Part shown: positions 9,474 to 19,488 of the stretch, piece by piece
Layout of the letters: each line of letters starts with the position of its first letter
Numbering within the stretch: the first letter of the stretch is position 1
Source: Chloroflexota bacterium
GTDB taxonomy: Bacteria > Chloroflexota > Limnocylindria > QHBO01
Direction of reading: 5' to 3'
DNA: 64,000 bases
NCBI GenBank assembly: GCA_025699005.1
Contig: JAILWI010000001.1
Coordinates: 894,486-958,485, forward strand
Notes under the pieces: model-generated
Seen by the model: only the letters and a program-made list of their open reading frames with translations
Database searches by the model: none
What the model was told of the DNA's origin: nothing
Program-made: the position numbers and the translations under genes

Positions 9474-10355
9474 TCACTCGGCCCAGTGGTGAACCCGTTC
9501 GCGAACCGTGTCGAAGCCGAGCTCATCGCACAGCGCCACGAACTCGTCGCGAGGCACTCCGCGCCATTCGAGCGAGTCGAGCGCCGGGGTGTTGGAGATA
9601 TCGGCGTCCCGGTTCAGGATCGCGAGGCGCCGATACAGGAGCGCATCGGCCCGCTGCTGATCGAGCGTCGCGGCCAGGCGGGAGGCGTTTCGCAATGGCA
9701 CCTCCCAGTCGAGGGCCGATGGCGGGATGTCCTCGAGGTGCTTCCACTTCGCGAGCACTGCCGATGCGCTCTTCGCGCCCCAGCCCGGCAGACCGGGGAA
9801 GCCGTCGCTGCTGTCGCCGACGAGAGCGAGGTAGTCGGGGATGCTCCCGGGTTCGACGCCGAACTTCTCGATGATGCCGGCCTCGTCGTACGTGATCTGC
9901 CGCATCCGGTCACGCAGCACGATCCGATCGCTGGCGACGAGCTGCCCGAGGTCCTTGTCGACCGAGCAGATGACGATCTGCTCGATCCTCGGGTCGCTGC
10001 CGAACCGGTCGATCGCGGCGGCGATCGCGTCATCCGCCTCGTCGGCGACCATCGGCCAGACGGCCATGCCCAGGGCTTCCAGCGCGCGCTCGGCGTCGCG
10101 GAACTGGGCCAACAGATCGGGATCCATGCCGGCGCTCGACTTGTAGCCGGGGAAGAGGTCGTTGCGCCACGACTCGATGACGTAGTCGGTCGCCGCGCCG
10201 ATGTGGGTCACGTCCGGCTCGCGGAGGAGCGACAGCATCGAATCCACGATGCCCTGGACGGCGTTCACCGGCCGTCCATCCGGCGCGCGGCGAGGCGGGC
10301 GGGAGTAGAAGGCGCGGAACAGCTCGAACGTGGCGTCGACGAGGTGGAGCTTCAT
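9474..10355 (-). CDS. Standalone 5'-3' exonuclease / flap endonuclease
   Basis: LHLVDA, RNDLFPGYK, EADDAIA, SVDKDL, LVGDSSDGFPGLPGWGAKSA (H3TH). Confidence 0.92.
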   Translation of the reverse strand: MKLHLVDATFELFRAFYSRPPRRAPDGRPVNAVQGIVDSMLSLLREPDVTHIGAATDYVIESWRNDLFPGYKSSAGMDPDLLAQFRDAERALEALGMAVWPMVADEADDAIAAAIDRFGSDPRIEQIVICSVDKDLGQLVASDRIVLRDRMRQITYDEAGIIEKFGVEPGSIPDYLALVGDSSDGFPGLPGWGAKSASAVLAKWKHLEDIPPSALDWEVPLRNASRLAATLDQQRADALLYRRLAILNRDADISNTPALDSLEWRGVPRDEFVALCDELGFDTVRERVHHWAE

Positions 10356-10466
10356 CGGCTCCGGAGCATACAGGGGGGCATATGACCCGCCGCGGGCTGG
10401 TCCCCCCCCTGGCCACGGAATCCGGCGGTAAGCGGCTGGTAAGCGGGGCTTCGCATGATCAGCGCA

Positions 10467-10534
10467 GCGGTGTGGGACGCGTGCCCTGCGTCGCCGGCCC
10501 GGAGTTTCCGGTCCGGGTCGGCGACCCACACCGC
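10467..10534 (-). terminator. Long nested stem-loop immediately downstream of the mutase stop codon
   Basis: gcggtgtggg/cccacaccgc outer stem, gtcgccggcccgga/tccgggtcggcgac inner stem. Confidence 0.55.
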
Positions 10535-10538
10535 AGCG

Positions 10539-12293
10539 TCAGACGAGGAGCGGCTCGCGGTACTCCCCGTAGACGCCACGCAGGACGCCGCACATCTCGC
10601 CGATCGTGGCGTATGCCTCCACGGCCGCGACAATGGCCGGCATGAGGTTGACGTCGCCGGCCCGGGCCTCGTCCTCGAGCCGTCGCATGGCCGCGCCATG
10701 GGCATCGGCGTCCCGCTCGGCTCGGACGCGTGCCAGCCGATCGAGGTGCCGCTGCTCCTGCTCCTTCGAGATCTCGAGGAGCGGGATCTTCAGCTCCTCG
10801 TCAGGATCGGCGAACTTCGTGACGCCGATGATCTCGCGCTCCTTGGCCTCGAGCTCGCGCTGCTGCTCGTAGGCGGCATCGGCGATCTCGGCCTGCGGGA
10901 AGCCGGCCTCGAGCGCCTTGACCATCCCACCCATGTCGTCGATCTGCCGGATGTACGCCCAGGCGCGCTGCTCGGTCTGGTTCGTCAGCGTCTCGACGAA
11001 GTACGAGCCGCCGAGCGGGTCGACGGTGTTCGCGACGCCCGACTCCTCGGCGAGGATCTGCTGCTGTCGCAGCGCGAGCATGGCGGCATCCTCCGACGGC
11101 ACCGCCCACGCCTCGTCGTACGCGTCGGTGTGGAGCGACTGGGTGCCGCCGAGCACCCCGGCCAGCGCCTGGATCGCGACGCGGGTGAGGTTGTTCAACG
11201 GCTGCTGGGCGGTCAGGGAGACGCCGGCGGTCTGGGTGTGGAAGCGCATCCACGTGGAGCGCTCGTTTTCGGCGCCGAAGCGCTCGCGGCACAGCTTGTA
11301 CCAGATGCGGCGGGCGGCGCGGAACTTGGCGATCTCCTCGAAGAAGTCGTTGTGGCTGTTGAAGAAGAACGAGAGCCGAGGAGCGAAGTCGTCGAAGCGC
11401 AGGCCGCGGGCGATGGCATCCTCGGCGTAGGCGATCCCATCGGCGATCGTGAAGGCCAGCTCCTGGACGGCCGTCGAGCCGGCCTCACGGATGTGATAGC
11501 CGGAGATCGAGATCGTGTTCCAGCGCGGCATCTCGCGCGTGCCCCACTCGACGGTGTCGGTCACGAGCTTGAGCGACGGCGCAGGCGGGAAGATGTACTC
11601 CTTCTGGGCGATGAACTCCTTGAGGATGTCGTTCTGGAGCGTGCCGGCCAGCTGGGCGCGCGGCACGCCCATCTTCTCGGCCGCAACCACGTACATCGCC
11701 CAGATCATCGGCGCCGGGGAGTTGATCGTCATCGAGGTGGAGATGTCGCCGACGGGCAGGCCGTCGAGCAGGATCTCCATGTCGGCCAGCGAGCTGACGG
11801 CGACGCCGCAGGTGCCGAACTCGCCCTCGGCCATCGGGTCGTCGTGGTCGTAGCCGTAGAGGGTCGGCATGTCGTACGCAATGCTCAACCCGGTGCCGCC
11901 GGCGGCGATGAGCTTCTTGAAGCGGTCGTTCGTGTCCTCGGCCGTGCCGAAGCCGGCGAACATCCGCATGGTCCACAGGCGTCCGCGATGGCCGGTCGGA
12001 TGGATGCCGCGCGTGAAGGGCGGCTCACCCGGCAGGCCAAGGTCGTCGATCTCGTCCCAGCCCGACGCGTCGCCGGAACCCAGGGCAGGCTTCCCGAAGG
12101 CGTACTGCGGGCGGTCACGGTCCGGATCGTTCGCCGGATCGCGGAGGTCGGTGGGGGTGTAGACCCGATCGATCTCGACGCCGGACTGGGTGATGAAGCG
12201 TGGGCGGCGCTCCGGCCCCTTCTCGAGGGCGGGACCGAGCCGCTCCTGCTCCCACTGGTCCTGGTGCTCGCTCCACCGCTTCTCGTCGCTCAT
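10539..12293 (-). CDS. B12-dependent acyl-CoA mutase large (substrate-binding) subunit, isobutyryl-CoA mutase-like
   Basis: [61 protein letters not shown]; no B12-binding domain. Confidence 0.93.
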   Translation of the reverse strand: MSDEKRWSEHQDQWEQERLGPALEKGPERRPRFITQSGVEIDRVYTPTDLRDPANDPDRDRPQYAFGKPALGSGDASGWDEIDDLGLPGEPPFTRGIHPTGHRGRLWTMRMFAGFGTAEDTNDRFKKLIAAGGTGLSIAYDMPTLYGYDHDDPMAEGEFGTCGVAVSSLADMEILLDGLPVGDISTSMTINSPAPMIWAMYVVAAEKMGVPRAQLAGTLQNDILKEFIAQKEYIFPPAPSLKLVTDTVEWGTREMPRWNTISISGYHIREAGSTAVQELAFTIADGIAYAEDAIARGLRFDDFAPRLSFFFNSHNDFFEEIAKFRAARRIWYKLCRERFGAENERSTWMRFHTQTAGVSLTAQQPLNNLTRVAIQALAGVLGGTQSLHTDAYDEAWAVPSEDAAMLALRQQQILAEESGVANTVDPLGGSYFVETLTNQTEQRAWAYIRQIDDMGGMVKALEAGFPQAEIADAAYEQQRELEAKEREIIGVTKFADPDEELKIPLLEISKEQEQRHLDRLARVRAERDADAHGAAMRRLEDEARAGDVNLMPAIVAAVEAYATIGEMCGVLRGVYGEYREPLLV

Positions 12294-12361
12294 GGCGGGC
12301 AGTGTGGAGGCAAGACCGATGCCGCCGCAAGCGAACCCGGCGACGTGGCACGATTCGCGGC

Positions 12362-14386
12362 ATGACCGACGCCTTCGATTTCGATGCCTATCTCCGCCTG
12401 CCGCGGCTGTCCGGCCTGCGCGTGTCACCGGCCGGCGACCGCGTGATCGTCAGCGTCGGGCGGCCCGCGCCGGATGCCAAGAAGATGCACTCCTCGCTGT
12501 GGGAGCTCGATCCGAGCGGCGACGAGCGTCCGCGGCGCCTCACTCGCTCGGCGCCCGGCGAGAGCTCGGCCGCCTTCGCGCGCGACGGCTCGATCCTGTT
12601 CACCAGCTCGCGCCCGGACCCGGATCGAAAGCCCGACGAGACGGAGGACGACGAGCCGGCGGGGCTGTGGCTGCTCCCGGCGCAGGGCGGCGAGGCACGC
12701 CTCCTGGTCGCCCCGTCGGGCGGCGTGGACGCCGTCGTGGCGGCGCGCGACGCGGACGTGGTCGTCTATGCCGCCTCGGTCTACCCCGGGTCTGCGGACG
12801 CGGCGGCCGACCGAGAACGGCACGAGGCCCGCAAGAAGGCCGGCGTCGAGGCGCTGCTGTTCGAGTCGTGGCCGATCCGGCACTGGGACGCGTTCCACGG
12901 GCCACGCGAGCGGCACCTGTTCGCGGCGCCGATTCCCGGCGGCGAGGAACGCATCGGCGAGCCGGTCGACCTCACGCCGCAGGCGGGAACCAGGCTGACC
13001 GAGATGGACTTCGACGTGACGCCCGACGGCGCGACCATCGTCAGCGGCTGGATGACGAGCGACGAGATCGGCCGCACCGATTTCGGACTGGTGGCCATCG
13101 ATCGAGCGTCCGGCTCGCATCGTCAGCTGACTCCCGACGACGCGTGGTACGAGGGGCCCGCCTGCTCACCGGACGGTCGGTGGGTGGCCTGCGTCCGCGC
13201 CGAGAAGGACGAGCCGGAACGGATCGGCGACCAGACCCTGTGGCTCATCGACCTGGCGACGGGGGAGGGACGCGACCTCACGCCCGACCTCGACGCGTGG
13301 CCGCAGCACCCGACCTGGTCGCGCGACGGCGCAAGCATCTTCTTCACGACCGATCATCATGGAGCAGGTGCCTTGTACCGGCTGGATCTCGCGACCGGTG
13401 TCACGACGCTGCTCGCCGATGACGGTGCCATCAGCGACGTGGCGCCCGACGCCGTCACCGGCCCGCTCGCGCTGCGCGCGTCGTACGCCGAGCCGCCGGT
13501 CCCGGTTCGGCTGCCGGCCGAGCCCGGTGGTGCGAGCCAGCGCATTCGCAGCTTCGCCGAGCTCGACGCCGATGTGCTGAACCTCCCCGGCCGCCTGGAG
13601 CGCCTGTCGGCGACGGCATCGGACGGCCAGGAGATCGGCTCGTGGCTGTGCCTGCCGAAGGATGCGTCAGCCGATGCGCCGGTCCCGCTCGTCGTCTTCG
13701 TCCACGGCGGACCGGTCGGCACGTGGAACACGTGGAGCTGGCGCTGGAATCCCCAGCTCCTGGCCGCGAGAGGCTACGCGGTGCTCATGCCCGACCCGGC
13801 GATCTCGACCGGCTACGGTCATGCCTTCGTCCAGCGTGGGTGGGGCCGCTGGGGTGCCGAGCCCTACACCGATGTGATCGCCGCGGTGGACGGGGCGCTC
13901 GAGCGCCCGGAGCTCGACAGCGACCGCACGGCACTCATGGGCGGCTCGTTCGGCGGCTACATGGCGAACTGGGTGGCCGGCAGCACGGACCGCTTCCGGG
14001 CGATCGTGACGCACGCCAGCCTCTGGGAGCTGCGTGGCTTCCATGGAACGACCGACTACGGGCCGGATTGGGAGCGCGAGTTCGGGGATCCGTACGCCGA
14101 TCCGTCGGCCTACGAGCAGTGGTCGCCGCATCGCCTGCTTGCGAACATCCGCACGCCGATGCTCGTCGTCCACGGAGAACGTGACCTGCGGGTGCCGATC
14201 AGCGAGGCGCTGCGCCTCTGGACCGACCTGCGCCGGCACGGGGTGCCGGGGCGCTTCCTCTACTTCCCCGATGAGAATCACTGGATCCTCAAGCCGCAGA
14301 ACGCGCGCCTGTGGTACGAGACCGTGTGGGCCTTCCTGGACGAGCATCTGCGCGGGGCGGAGTGGAGACGTCCCGCGCTCCTCTGA
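12362..14386 (+). CDS. S9 family (acylaminoacyl/dipeptidyl) peptidase
   Basis: Beta-propeller N-half; VHGGP, GGSFGG nucleophile, [15 protein letters not shown]. Confidence 0.92.
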   Translation: MTDAFDFDAYLRLPRLSGLRVSPAGDRVIVSVGRPAPDAKKMHSSLWELDPSGDERPRRLTRSAPGESSAAFARDGSILFTSSRPDPDRKPDETEDDEPAGLWLLPAQGGEARLLVAPSGGVDAVVAARDADVVVYAASVYPGSADAAADRERHEARKKAGVEALLFESWPIRHWDAFHGPRERHLFAAPIPGGEERIGEPVDLTPQAGTRLTEMDFDVTPDGATIVSGWMTSDEIGRTDFGLVAIDRASGSHRQLTPDDAWYEGPACSPDGRWVACVRAEKDEPERIGDQTLWLIDLATGEGRDLTPDLDAWPQHPTWSRDGASIFFTTDHHGAGALYRLDLATGVTTLLADDGAISDVAPDAVTGPLALRASYAEPPVPVRLPAEPGGASQRIRSFAELDADVLNLPGRLERLSATASDGQEIGSWLCLPKDASADAPVPLVVFVHGGPVGTWNTWSWRWNPQLLAARGYAVLMPDPAISTGYGHAFVQRGWGRWGAEPYTDVIAAVDGALERPELDSDRTALMGGSFGGYMANWVAGSTDRFRAIVTHASLWELRGFHGTTDYGPDWEREFGDPYADPSAYEQWSPHRLLANIRTPMLVVHGERDLRVPISEALRLWTDLRRHGVPGRFLYFPDENHWILKPQNARLWYETVWAFLDEHLRGAEWRRPALL

Positions 14387-14392
14387 CCGGCG

Positions 14393-14407
14393 CGGCATGC
14401 GAGGTGC
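14393..14407 (+). promoter_or_regulatory. Sigma-54 -24/-12 promoter
   Basis: CGGCATGCGAGGTGC = GG-N10-GC; predicted +1 near 14419. Confidence 0.5.
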
Positions 14408-14420
14408 ATGAGGCCCGGAC

Positions 14421-14519
14421 ATGTTCACCCTGATTCGCCGGTTCCTCGTGGGCTGGTTGCTCGTGCGGCTGCTCCGCCGCTTCGCTCAGCGATCGACCCG
14501 CGGCAGCTCCCGGCGCTGA
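14421..14519 (+). CDS. 32-aa basic amphipathic peptide MFTLIRRFLVGWLLVRLLRRFAQRSTRGSSRR
   Basis: ATG..TGA fills the gap between the convergent peptidase and desaturase genes; preceded by a sigma-54-like promoter. Confidence 0.5.
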   Translation: MFTLIRRFLVGWLLVRLLRRFAQRSTRGSSRR

Positions 14520-14551
14520 CCCCCGGGCGTGAGCGTCGCGCGTGACGCTCG

Positions 14552-15490
14552 TCAGCCCGCTCGAGCGGCCTCGCGCTCCAGGATCAGGGCCCGCTTGGCC
14601 TCGAAGCGTGATGCCTGCGCGTCGAGGTCGGTGAGGAACGCTCGCAGCTCGTTCCGGCGGACCTCGGCCGAGGGATCGAGATTCTCGAGCTCGAACACGC
14701 CCCAATGCGTGAGGAGCGGCCACACGACGTCGTCGTGATGGACGCGAAGGTCGTAGATTCCGGCCTTCGCCATCTGCGCCGCCTTGCGGGTGAAGTTCAC
14801 CATGCCGTAGCCGGGCATCTCGAAGTCCATGATCTCGTCGGCGATCGCGTGGACCGCGGCCGAGGGATCGACCTTCATCGCCTCGGAGAGCATGTCGCGG
14901 TAGAAGACCATGTGGAGGTTCTCGTCCGCCGCGATCCGGGCCATGATCTTGTCGGCGACCGGGTCCGACGAATAGCGACCGGTGTTTCGGTGGCTGATGC
15001 GCGTCGCGAGCTCCTGGAAGGCAACGTAGGCGAGGCCGCGGAGGACATTGCCGCCGTCATCGTGGTTGTAGGCGGTCTGGAGCTGGTTCATGCGGCCGCG
15101 CTCGAGGGCCACCGGGTCGATGTTGCGGGTCACGACGAGGTAGTCGCGCAGCACGATGCCGTGGCGCCCCTCCTCGGCGGTCCAGCGATTGACCCAGTTG
15201 ATCCACGCCCCGTCGCCCTTGCCGAACATCCGGTGGATCTCGCGGTGGTAGCTCGGCAGGTTGTCCTCGGTCAGCAGGTTGACCTCGAAGGCGATCTGCG
15301 CGACGCCGCTGATCCTCGGCTGGTCGGGCGTCCATGGCTCCTTGTCGAAGTCACGGCCGAGCGAGTAGGGGATGTAGTCGTGCGGGAACCATTCCTTGGC
15401 CATGCCGAGGTGACGGTTGAGGAAGGCCTCCGCGGCAGGCTCGAGCTCGGTGAGGAGATCGCGGGGCGGAGAGAAGGTCGGTGTCGCCAT
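14552..15490 (-). CDS. Acyl-ACP desaturase (soluble di-iron, DesA-like)
   Basis: WFPHDYIP, LLTEDNLPSYH, WTAEEGRH, FQELATRISH, DENLH (two ExxH motifs), FEMPG. Confidence 0.92.
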   Translation of the reverse strand: MATPTFSPPRDLLTELEPAAEAFLNRHLGMAKEWFPHDYIPYSLGRDFDKEPWTPDQPRISGVAQIAFEVNLLTEDNLPSYHREIHRMFGKGDGAWINWVNRWTAEEGRHGIVLRDYLVVTRNIDPVALERGRMNQLQTAYNHDDGGNVLRGLAYVAFQELATRISHRNTGRYSSDPVADKIMARIAADENLHMVFYRDMLSEAMKVDPSAAVHAIADEIMDFEMPGYGMVNFTRKAAQMAKAGIYDLRVHHDDVVWPLLTHWGVFELENLDPSAEVRRNELRAFLTDLDAQASRFEAKRALILEREAARAG

Positions 15491-15540
15491 GGGTGCTCCG
15501 GTTACAAGGGGAGCGCACCGCACGGAGACGACGCGCCAGT

Positions 15541-15573
15541 ATTCATACGTTGAATCCCAATGTTCGCATGAAT
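15541..15573. promoter_or_regulatory. AT-rich palindromic operator candidate upstream of the desaturase
   Basis: ATTCA-TACGT-TGAAT at 15541-15555 plus a further ATGAAT at 15568-15573, in an otherwise GC-rich genome. Confidence 0.45.
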
Positions 15574-15596
15574 CGGGCCAATCGGCCGATCACGGC

Positions 15597-16025
15597 TCAG
15601 GCCCGTCGCTCGTCCTCGCCTTCGATGCCTCGCGCCTCGAGCGCGCGTGCCAGTCCGTCGACGTTGTCGACGGTGACGGTCAGCGACTCCAGCTTCCCGC
15701 CCCGGACGTAGCGAGCCGGCGGCCATTCGCGAAAGCAGACGCACACCCCGCCGTGCGGGCTCGTGCCGAATGTGAAGCCCCGGTCGGCGCCCGAGCCGCG
15801 CGGACCGATGGCGCGCCAGAAGCGGTACGGCCCGGTGAGCCGGTAGCCGGAGATGTTCGCGATCGACGTCTCGACCGTGAATGGGCCGAATCGCGCCAGG
15901 AATCGGTCATCGGGGGTCAGCTCGACCTCGGCGGCGCCGGGACGCACGCCGATGAGCCGCAGAAGCCAGCGCCACGGTCGGGTTGCTCGCAGCGGGAAGG
16001 TTTCGGCCGACGAGGCCGGGGACAT
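15597..16025 (-). CDS. Hypothetical protein (PH-like beta fold suspected)
   Basis: Translationally coupled to the upstream GDH-like gene (TGATG overlap); ARFGPF, IGPRGSGADRGFTFGT. Confidence 0.7.
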   Translation of the reverse strand: MSPASSAETFPLRATRPWRWLLRLIGVRPGAAEVELTPDDRFLARFGPFTVETSIANISGYRLTGPYRFWRAIGPRGSGADRGFTFGTSPHGGVCVCFREWPPARYVRGGKLESLTVTVDNVDGLARALEARGIEGEDERRA

Positions 16026-17284
16026 CAGGGGTAGAGGCCGCGGAGGGAGGTCGCCTCCGCAACGCGGGCCACGGCGACCATCATCGCCGCCGATCGCAGG
16101 TCGACCTTCTCGCTGTCGGCCATGGCGCGGACGCCGGCCATGGCCTCGTCCATGACCCGATCGAGCTGTGCCGTGATCTCCTCGTCCGACCAGAAGAACG
16201 CCTGCATGTCCTGGACCCACTCGAAGTAGCCGAGGACCGTGCCGCCGGACGTGCAGATGATGTCGGGGATCACCGTGACGCCACGGTCCGCGAGGACGTC
16301 ATCGGCGGCCGGCGTCACCCCGCCGTTCGCTACCTCCGCCACCAGGCGGGCGCCGAGAGCCGGCGCCCGGGTTTCCGTGATCTGTCCCTGGAGGCCGGCC
16401 AGGGCGAGAACGTCGCACTCGATGGCGAACAGCTCGTCCATCGTGATCGACTCGGTCTCGGGAAGCTCGCGGATCGCATCCCGCTCCCGCATCCAGCGGA
16501 TGGCGGCCCGGACGTCGATCCCGCTCGGGTTGTGGACCGCGTCCTCGTCGTCGCCGATGCCCACCACGATCGCGCCGGCCGCGCCGAGCTCCTCGGCGAG
16601 CGTCATCCCCACCCGGCCGAAGCCCTGGATGACGACGCGAGCTCCGTCGAGCGATTCGTTCGCCGATGCGATGCATCGCATCGCGCCGCGGGCCGTGGCG
16701 CTGCGACGGCCACGCGTCCCGCCGACCGCCATCGGCTTGCCGATGACCGATGCAGCCACGGTGTGACCGCGATGCATCGAGAGGGTGTCCATGAGCCACG
16801 CCATCGTCTGGGAGCCCGTGTTCACGTCGGGCGACGGGATGTCGCTGGCGGGGCCGAGGAGGGGAGCGATCTCGGTCGCGTATCGACGCGTCAGACCCTG
16901 GCGCTCGAGCTCGCTCAGTCGGCGTGGGTTGACCCGCACCCCGCCCGCCGCGCCGCCGAATGGAATCTGGACGAGCGCGGCCTTCCAGGAGTTGAGCATG
17001 GCGAGCGCGCGGACCTCGTCGAGGTCCAGGTTCGGAACGTACCGAACGCCGCCGGAGACCGGACCGCGGTTCACGTTGTGATGGACCCGGTAGCCGGTGT
17101 ACACCTCGACCCGGCCGTCCTCGTGGGTGACTGGGAAGTTCACGGTCAGCTCGCGCTTCGGCACGCGAAGCACCCGATGCATTCCCTCGTCGAGGTGGAG
17201 CCGTTCCGCCGCCGCGTCGAGCTCCGCCTGCGTGCTCGTCCAGATGCTGCTGGCGCGTGGAGCGCCGGGCTTCGAGGTCGCCAT
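16025..17284 (-). CDS. Glu/Leu/Phe/Val dehydrogenase homolog lacking catalytic lysines (regulatory GDH subunit-like)
   Basis: Full-length GDH fold, but GPVSGG and FGGAAGG replace GPxKGG and GGAKGG. Confidence 0.88.
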   Translation of the reverse strand: MATSKPGAPRASSIWTSTQAELDAAAERLHLDEGMHRVLRVPKRELTVNFPVTHEDGRVEVYTGYRVHHNVNRGPVSGGVRYVPNLDLDEVRALAMLNSWKAALVQIPFGGAAGGVRVNPRRLSELERQGLTRRYATEIAPLLGPASDIPSPDVNTGSQTMAWLMDTLSMHRGHTVAASVIGKPMAVGGTRGRRSATARGAMRCIASANESLDGARVVIQGFGRVGMTLAEELGAAGAIVVGIGDDEDAVHNPSGIDVRAAIRWMRERDAIRELPETESITMDELFAIECDVLALAGLQGQITETRAPALGARLVAEVANGGVTPAADDVLADRGVTVIPDIICTSGGTVLGYFEWVQDMQAFFWSDEEITAQLDRVMDEAMAGVRAMADSEKVDLRSAAMMVAVARVAEATSLRGLYP

Positions 17285-17407
17285 CGGTCCAGCCTAGCGT
17301 GCGCCGACAACCCGCGCGGTGGCACCATGCACGCCACACCCACCCGGGTGCGCCGGCGGTCCATCACCCCACCGATCGGCGCACGACATCCGAGAGGAGG
17401 AACGCCG

Positions 17408-18346
17408 ATGGCGCCCCGCGTCATGACCGTCTCCGGACCGATCCCGCCCGACAAGCTCGGCTTCACCCTGCCGCACGAGCACCTCGGCATCAGCCTGTGG
17501 CACATCGCCAACCGCTGGGACTACTGGGAGCTCACCCCCGATGACGAGATCATCGGCGAGGAGCTCCGCGAGTTCCGGCGCCGCGGCGGCGGAACGCTGG
17601 TGGATCTGACCCTTCCCGGAGTCGGGCGCGACCCGGATCGGCTGCGACGCCTGGCGAGCACCTCGGGGCTGAACATCGTGATGGGCAGCGGCTGGTACCG
17701 GGAGGCGTATTACCCCGCGGAGCTCCTCGTGGATCGGCGCAGCGTTGACGACCTGGCGGCGGAGATCGTCTCCGAGTTCGAGCACGGCGTCGCCGGCAGC
17801 GGCATCCGGCCCGGAATCATCGGCGAGATCGGCACCGACAAGCCGTGGGTCAGCGCGCGCGAGGAGCGCGTCCATCGGGCCGCGGCGCGTGCCTCGAAGG
17901 CGACCGGCATGGCCATCACGACGCACGGCGTGCAGTCCGATGTCGGGCTGGCTCAGCTCCGGATCTTCACCGAGGAGGGCGTCGATCCGGCCCGCGTCGT
18001 CATCGGCCATGCCGATTCGCACCACGACATCGACTTCTACCTCGAGGTCCTCGACGCCGGGGCCAACCTTCAGTTCGACTTCCTGGGGCACCGGTTCGCG
18101 ACGGAGGAGGCGCTCGAGCCGCGGCTGGTCGAGACCATCGTCGAGCTGCTCGAGCGCGGCTACGGACCGCAGATCCTGCTGAGCCAGGACGTGTGCCACA
18201 ACCGGCAGCTGAAGGCGAACGGCGGGTTCGGGTACGTCTACCTCCAGCAGCACTTCCTGCCGACGCTTCGAACGGCGGCCGTCGGAGAGGGCGAGATCCA
18301 CCAGATGACGTTCGAGAACCCGGCGCGGATCCTGACGATTCCCTAG
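17408..18346 (+). CDS. Phosphotriesterase-family amidohydrolase
   Basis: LGFTLPHEH, VDLT, GIIGEIG, ITTH, IGHAD, LLSQD, ENPARIL; GAGGAG RBS. Confidence 0.92.
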   Translation: MAPRVMTVSGPIPPDKLGFTLPHEHLGISLWHIANRWDYWELTPDDEIIGEELREFRRRGGGTLVDLTLPGVGRDPDRLRRLASTSGLNIVMGSGWYREAYYPAELLVDRRSVDDLAAEIVSEFEHGVAGSGIRPGIIGEIGTDKPWVSAREERVHRAAARASKATGMAITTHGVQSDVGLAQLRIFTEEGVDPARVVIGHADSHHDIDFYLEVLDAGANLQFDFLGHRFATEEALEPRLVETIVELLERGYGPQILLSQDVCHNRQLKANGGFGYVYLQQHFLPTLRTAAVGEGEIHQMTFENPARILTIP

Positions 18347-19378
18347 ATGCGCGACCCGATCGCCGATCTCCAGCGGATCGCGTTCCTGCTCGAGTCGGCT
18401 CAGGAGCCGAGCTACCGGGTGCGGGCCTTCCGCAGCGCCGCCTCCACCCTCGGCAGGATGGAATCGGGCGAGCTCGCCCGTCGGGCGGGTGCGGGGACCC
18501 TGCGCGAGCTGCCCGGGATCGGTGAGGTGACGGAGCGGACGATCCTCGAGAGCCTGCGCGGCGAGGAGCCCGTCTACCTGCGCCGGCTCGAGTCCACCGA
18601 GGGGCGGCCGATGGCGGAGGGTGCCGCCGAGCTTCGCGCCGCGCTCCGCGGTGACTGCCACGTCCACACCGAAGCGTCGGATGGCAGCGCCCCCATCCGG
18701 GAGATGGCCGAGGTGGCCATCGAGCTCGGCCATGCGTACGCGGTCATCACCGACCACTCGCCGCGGTTGACGGTCGCCAACGGGCTCTCGCCCCAGCGTC
18801 TGCTGGCCCAGCTGGACGAGATCGAGCGGCTCAACGCCGAGCTGGCGCCCTTCCGAATCCTCACGGGCGTCGAGGTCGACATCAACGAGGACGGCTCGCT
18901 CGACCAGGAGCCGGAGCTCCTCTCTCGGCTGGACGTCGTCGTCGGCAGCGTGCACTCCGCGCTGCGTTCCGAGGCTCGGGCGATGACCGTGCGGATGGTC
19001 ACCGCGCTCGCGAACCCGCATCTCGACATCCTCGGGCACTGCACCGGGCGCATGGTGACCGGCAAGCGCAAGCGCCCGGAGTCCGCGTTCGATCCCGAGA
19101 TCGTCTTCGCCGCCGCGGCCCGCTTCGACAAGGCAATCGAGATCAACTCGCGCCCGGAGCGTCTGGACCCGCCGAAGCGCCTGCTGCGCATGGCGATCGA
19201 GAGCGGCTGCAGGGTGGCGATCGATTCCGACGCCCATGCGCCGGGCCAGATGGCGTGGCTCGTGAACGGCTGCGAACGGGCGTTCCTCACCGGCGCGACC
19301 GCGCCGATGATCGTCAACACCCTCGACGTCGACGCGCTCCTCGAGTGGACGGCATCGCACGAGCGTCCGGCGAGCTAG
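18347..19378 (+). CDS. PHP-domain protein with PolX-type N-terminal HhH domain
   Basis: YRVRAFRSAA, LPGIG; GDCHVHT, ITDHS, GSVHS, LGHCTGR, EINS, DSDAH. Confidence 0.88.
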   Translation: MRDPIADLQRIAFLLESAQEPSYRVRAFRSAASTLGRMESGELARRAGAGTLRELPGIGEVTERTILESLRGEEPVYLRRLESTEGRPMAEGAAELRAALRGDCHVHTEASDGSAPIREMAEVAIELGHAYAVITDHSPRLTVANGLSPQRLLAQLDEIERLNAELAPFRILTGVEVDINEDGSLDQEPELLSRLDVVVGSVHSALRSEARAMTVRMVTALANPHLDILGHCTGRMVTGKRKRPESAFDPEIVFAAAARFDKAIEINSRPERLDPPKRLLRMAIESGCRVAIDSDAHAPGQMAWLVNGCERAFLTGATAPMIVNTLDVDALLEWTASHERPAS

Positions 19379-19416
19379 GGGAGCGTCGCGCTCGGGCAGG
19401 GTGCACCTGACGTGGT

Positions 19417-19432
19417 TGGCGCGGGACCTGCA
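19417..19432 (+). promoter_or_regulatory. Sigma-54 -24/-12 promoter
   Basis: TGGCGCGGGACCTGCA = GG-N10-GC upstream of dodecin. Confidence 0.6.
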
Positions 19433-19488
19433 TCGGCGAGGTCGGGCGCATACTGGTCGCCCACCCACCGCAAGGAGAACGCACCGAT

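Noticed and set aside
10360-10538. Cobalamin riboswitch or SRP RNA near the mutase
   Set aside because: Lies downstream of the mutase; no B12 box or SRP GGAA/AGCAG motif seen; kept only as a stem-loop. The GGTAAGCGG direct repeat was noted but is unsupported.
12346-12360. TGGCACG upstream of the S9 peptidase as a sigma-54 site
   Set aside because: No GC at the required 10-nt spacing; explained by the CACGAT leaderless -10.
17320-17334. Sigma-54-like TGGCACCATGCACGC upstream of the phosphotriesterase
   Set aside because: Lacks the T of the -12 TGC; the embedded CACCAT could equally be a -10 box.
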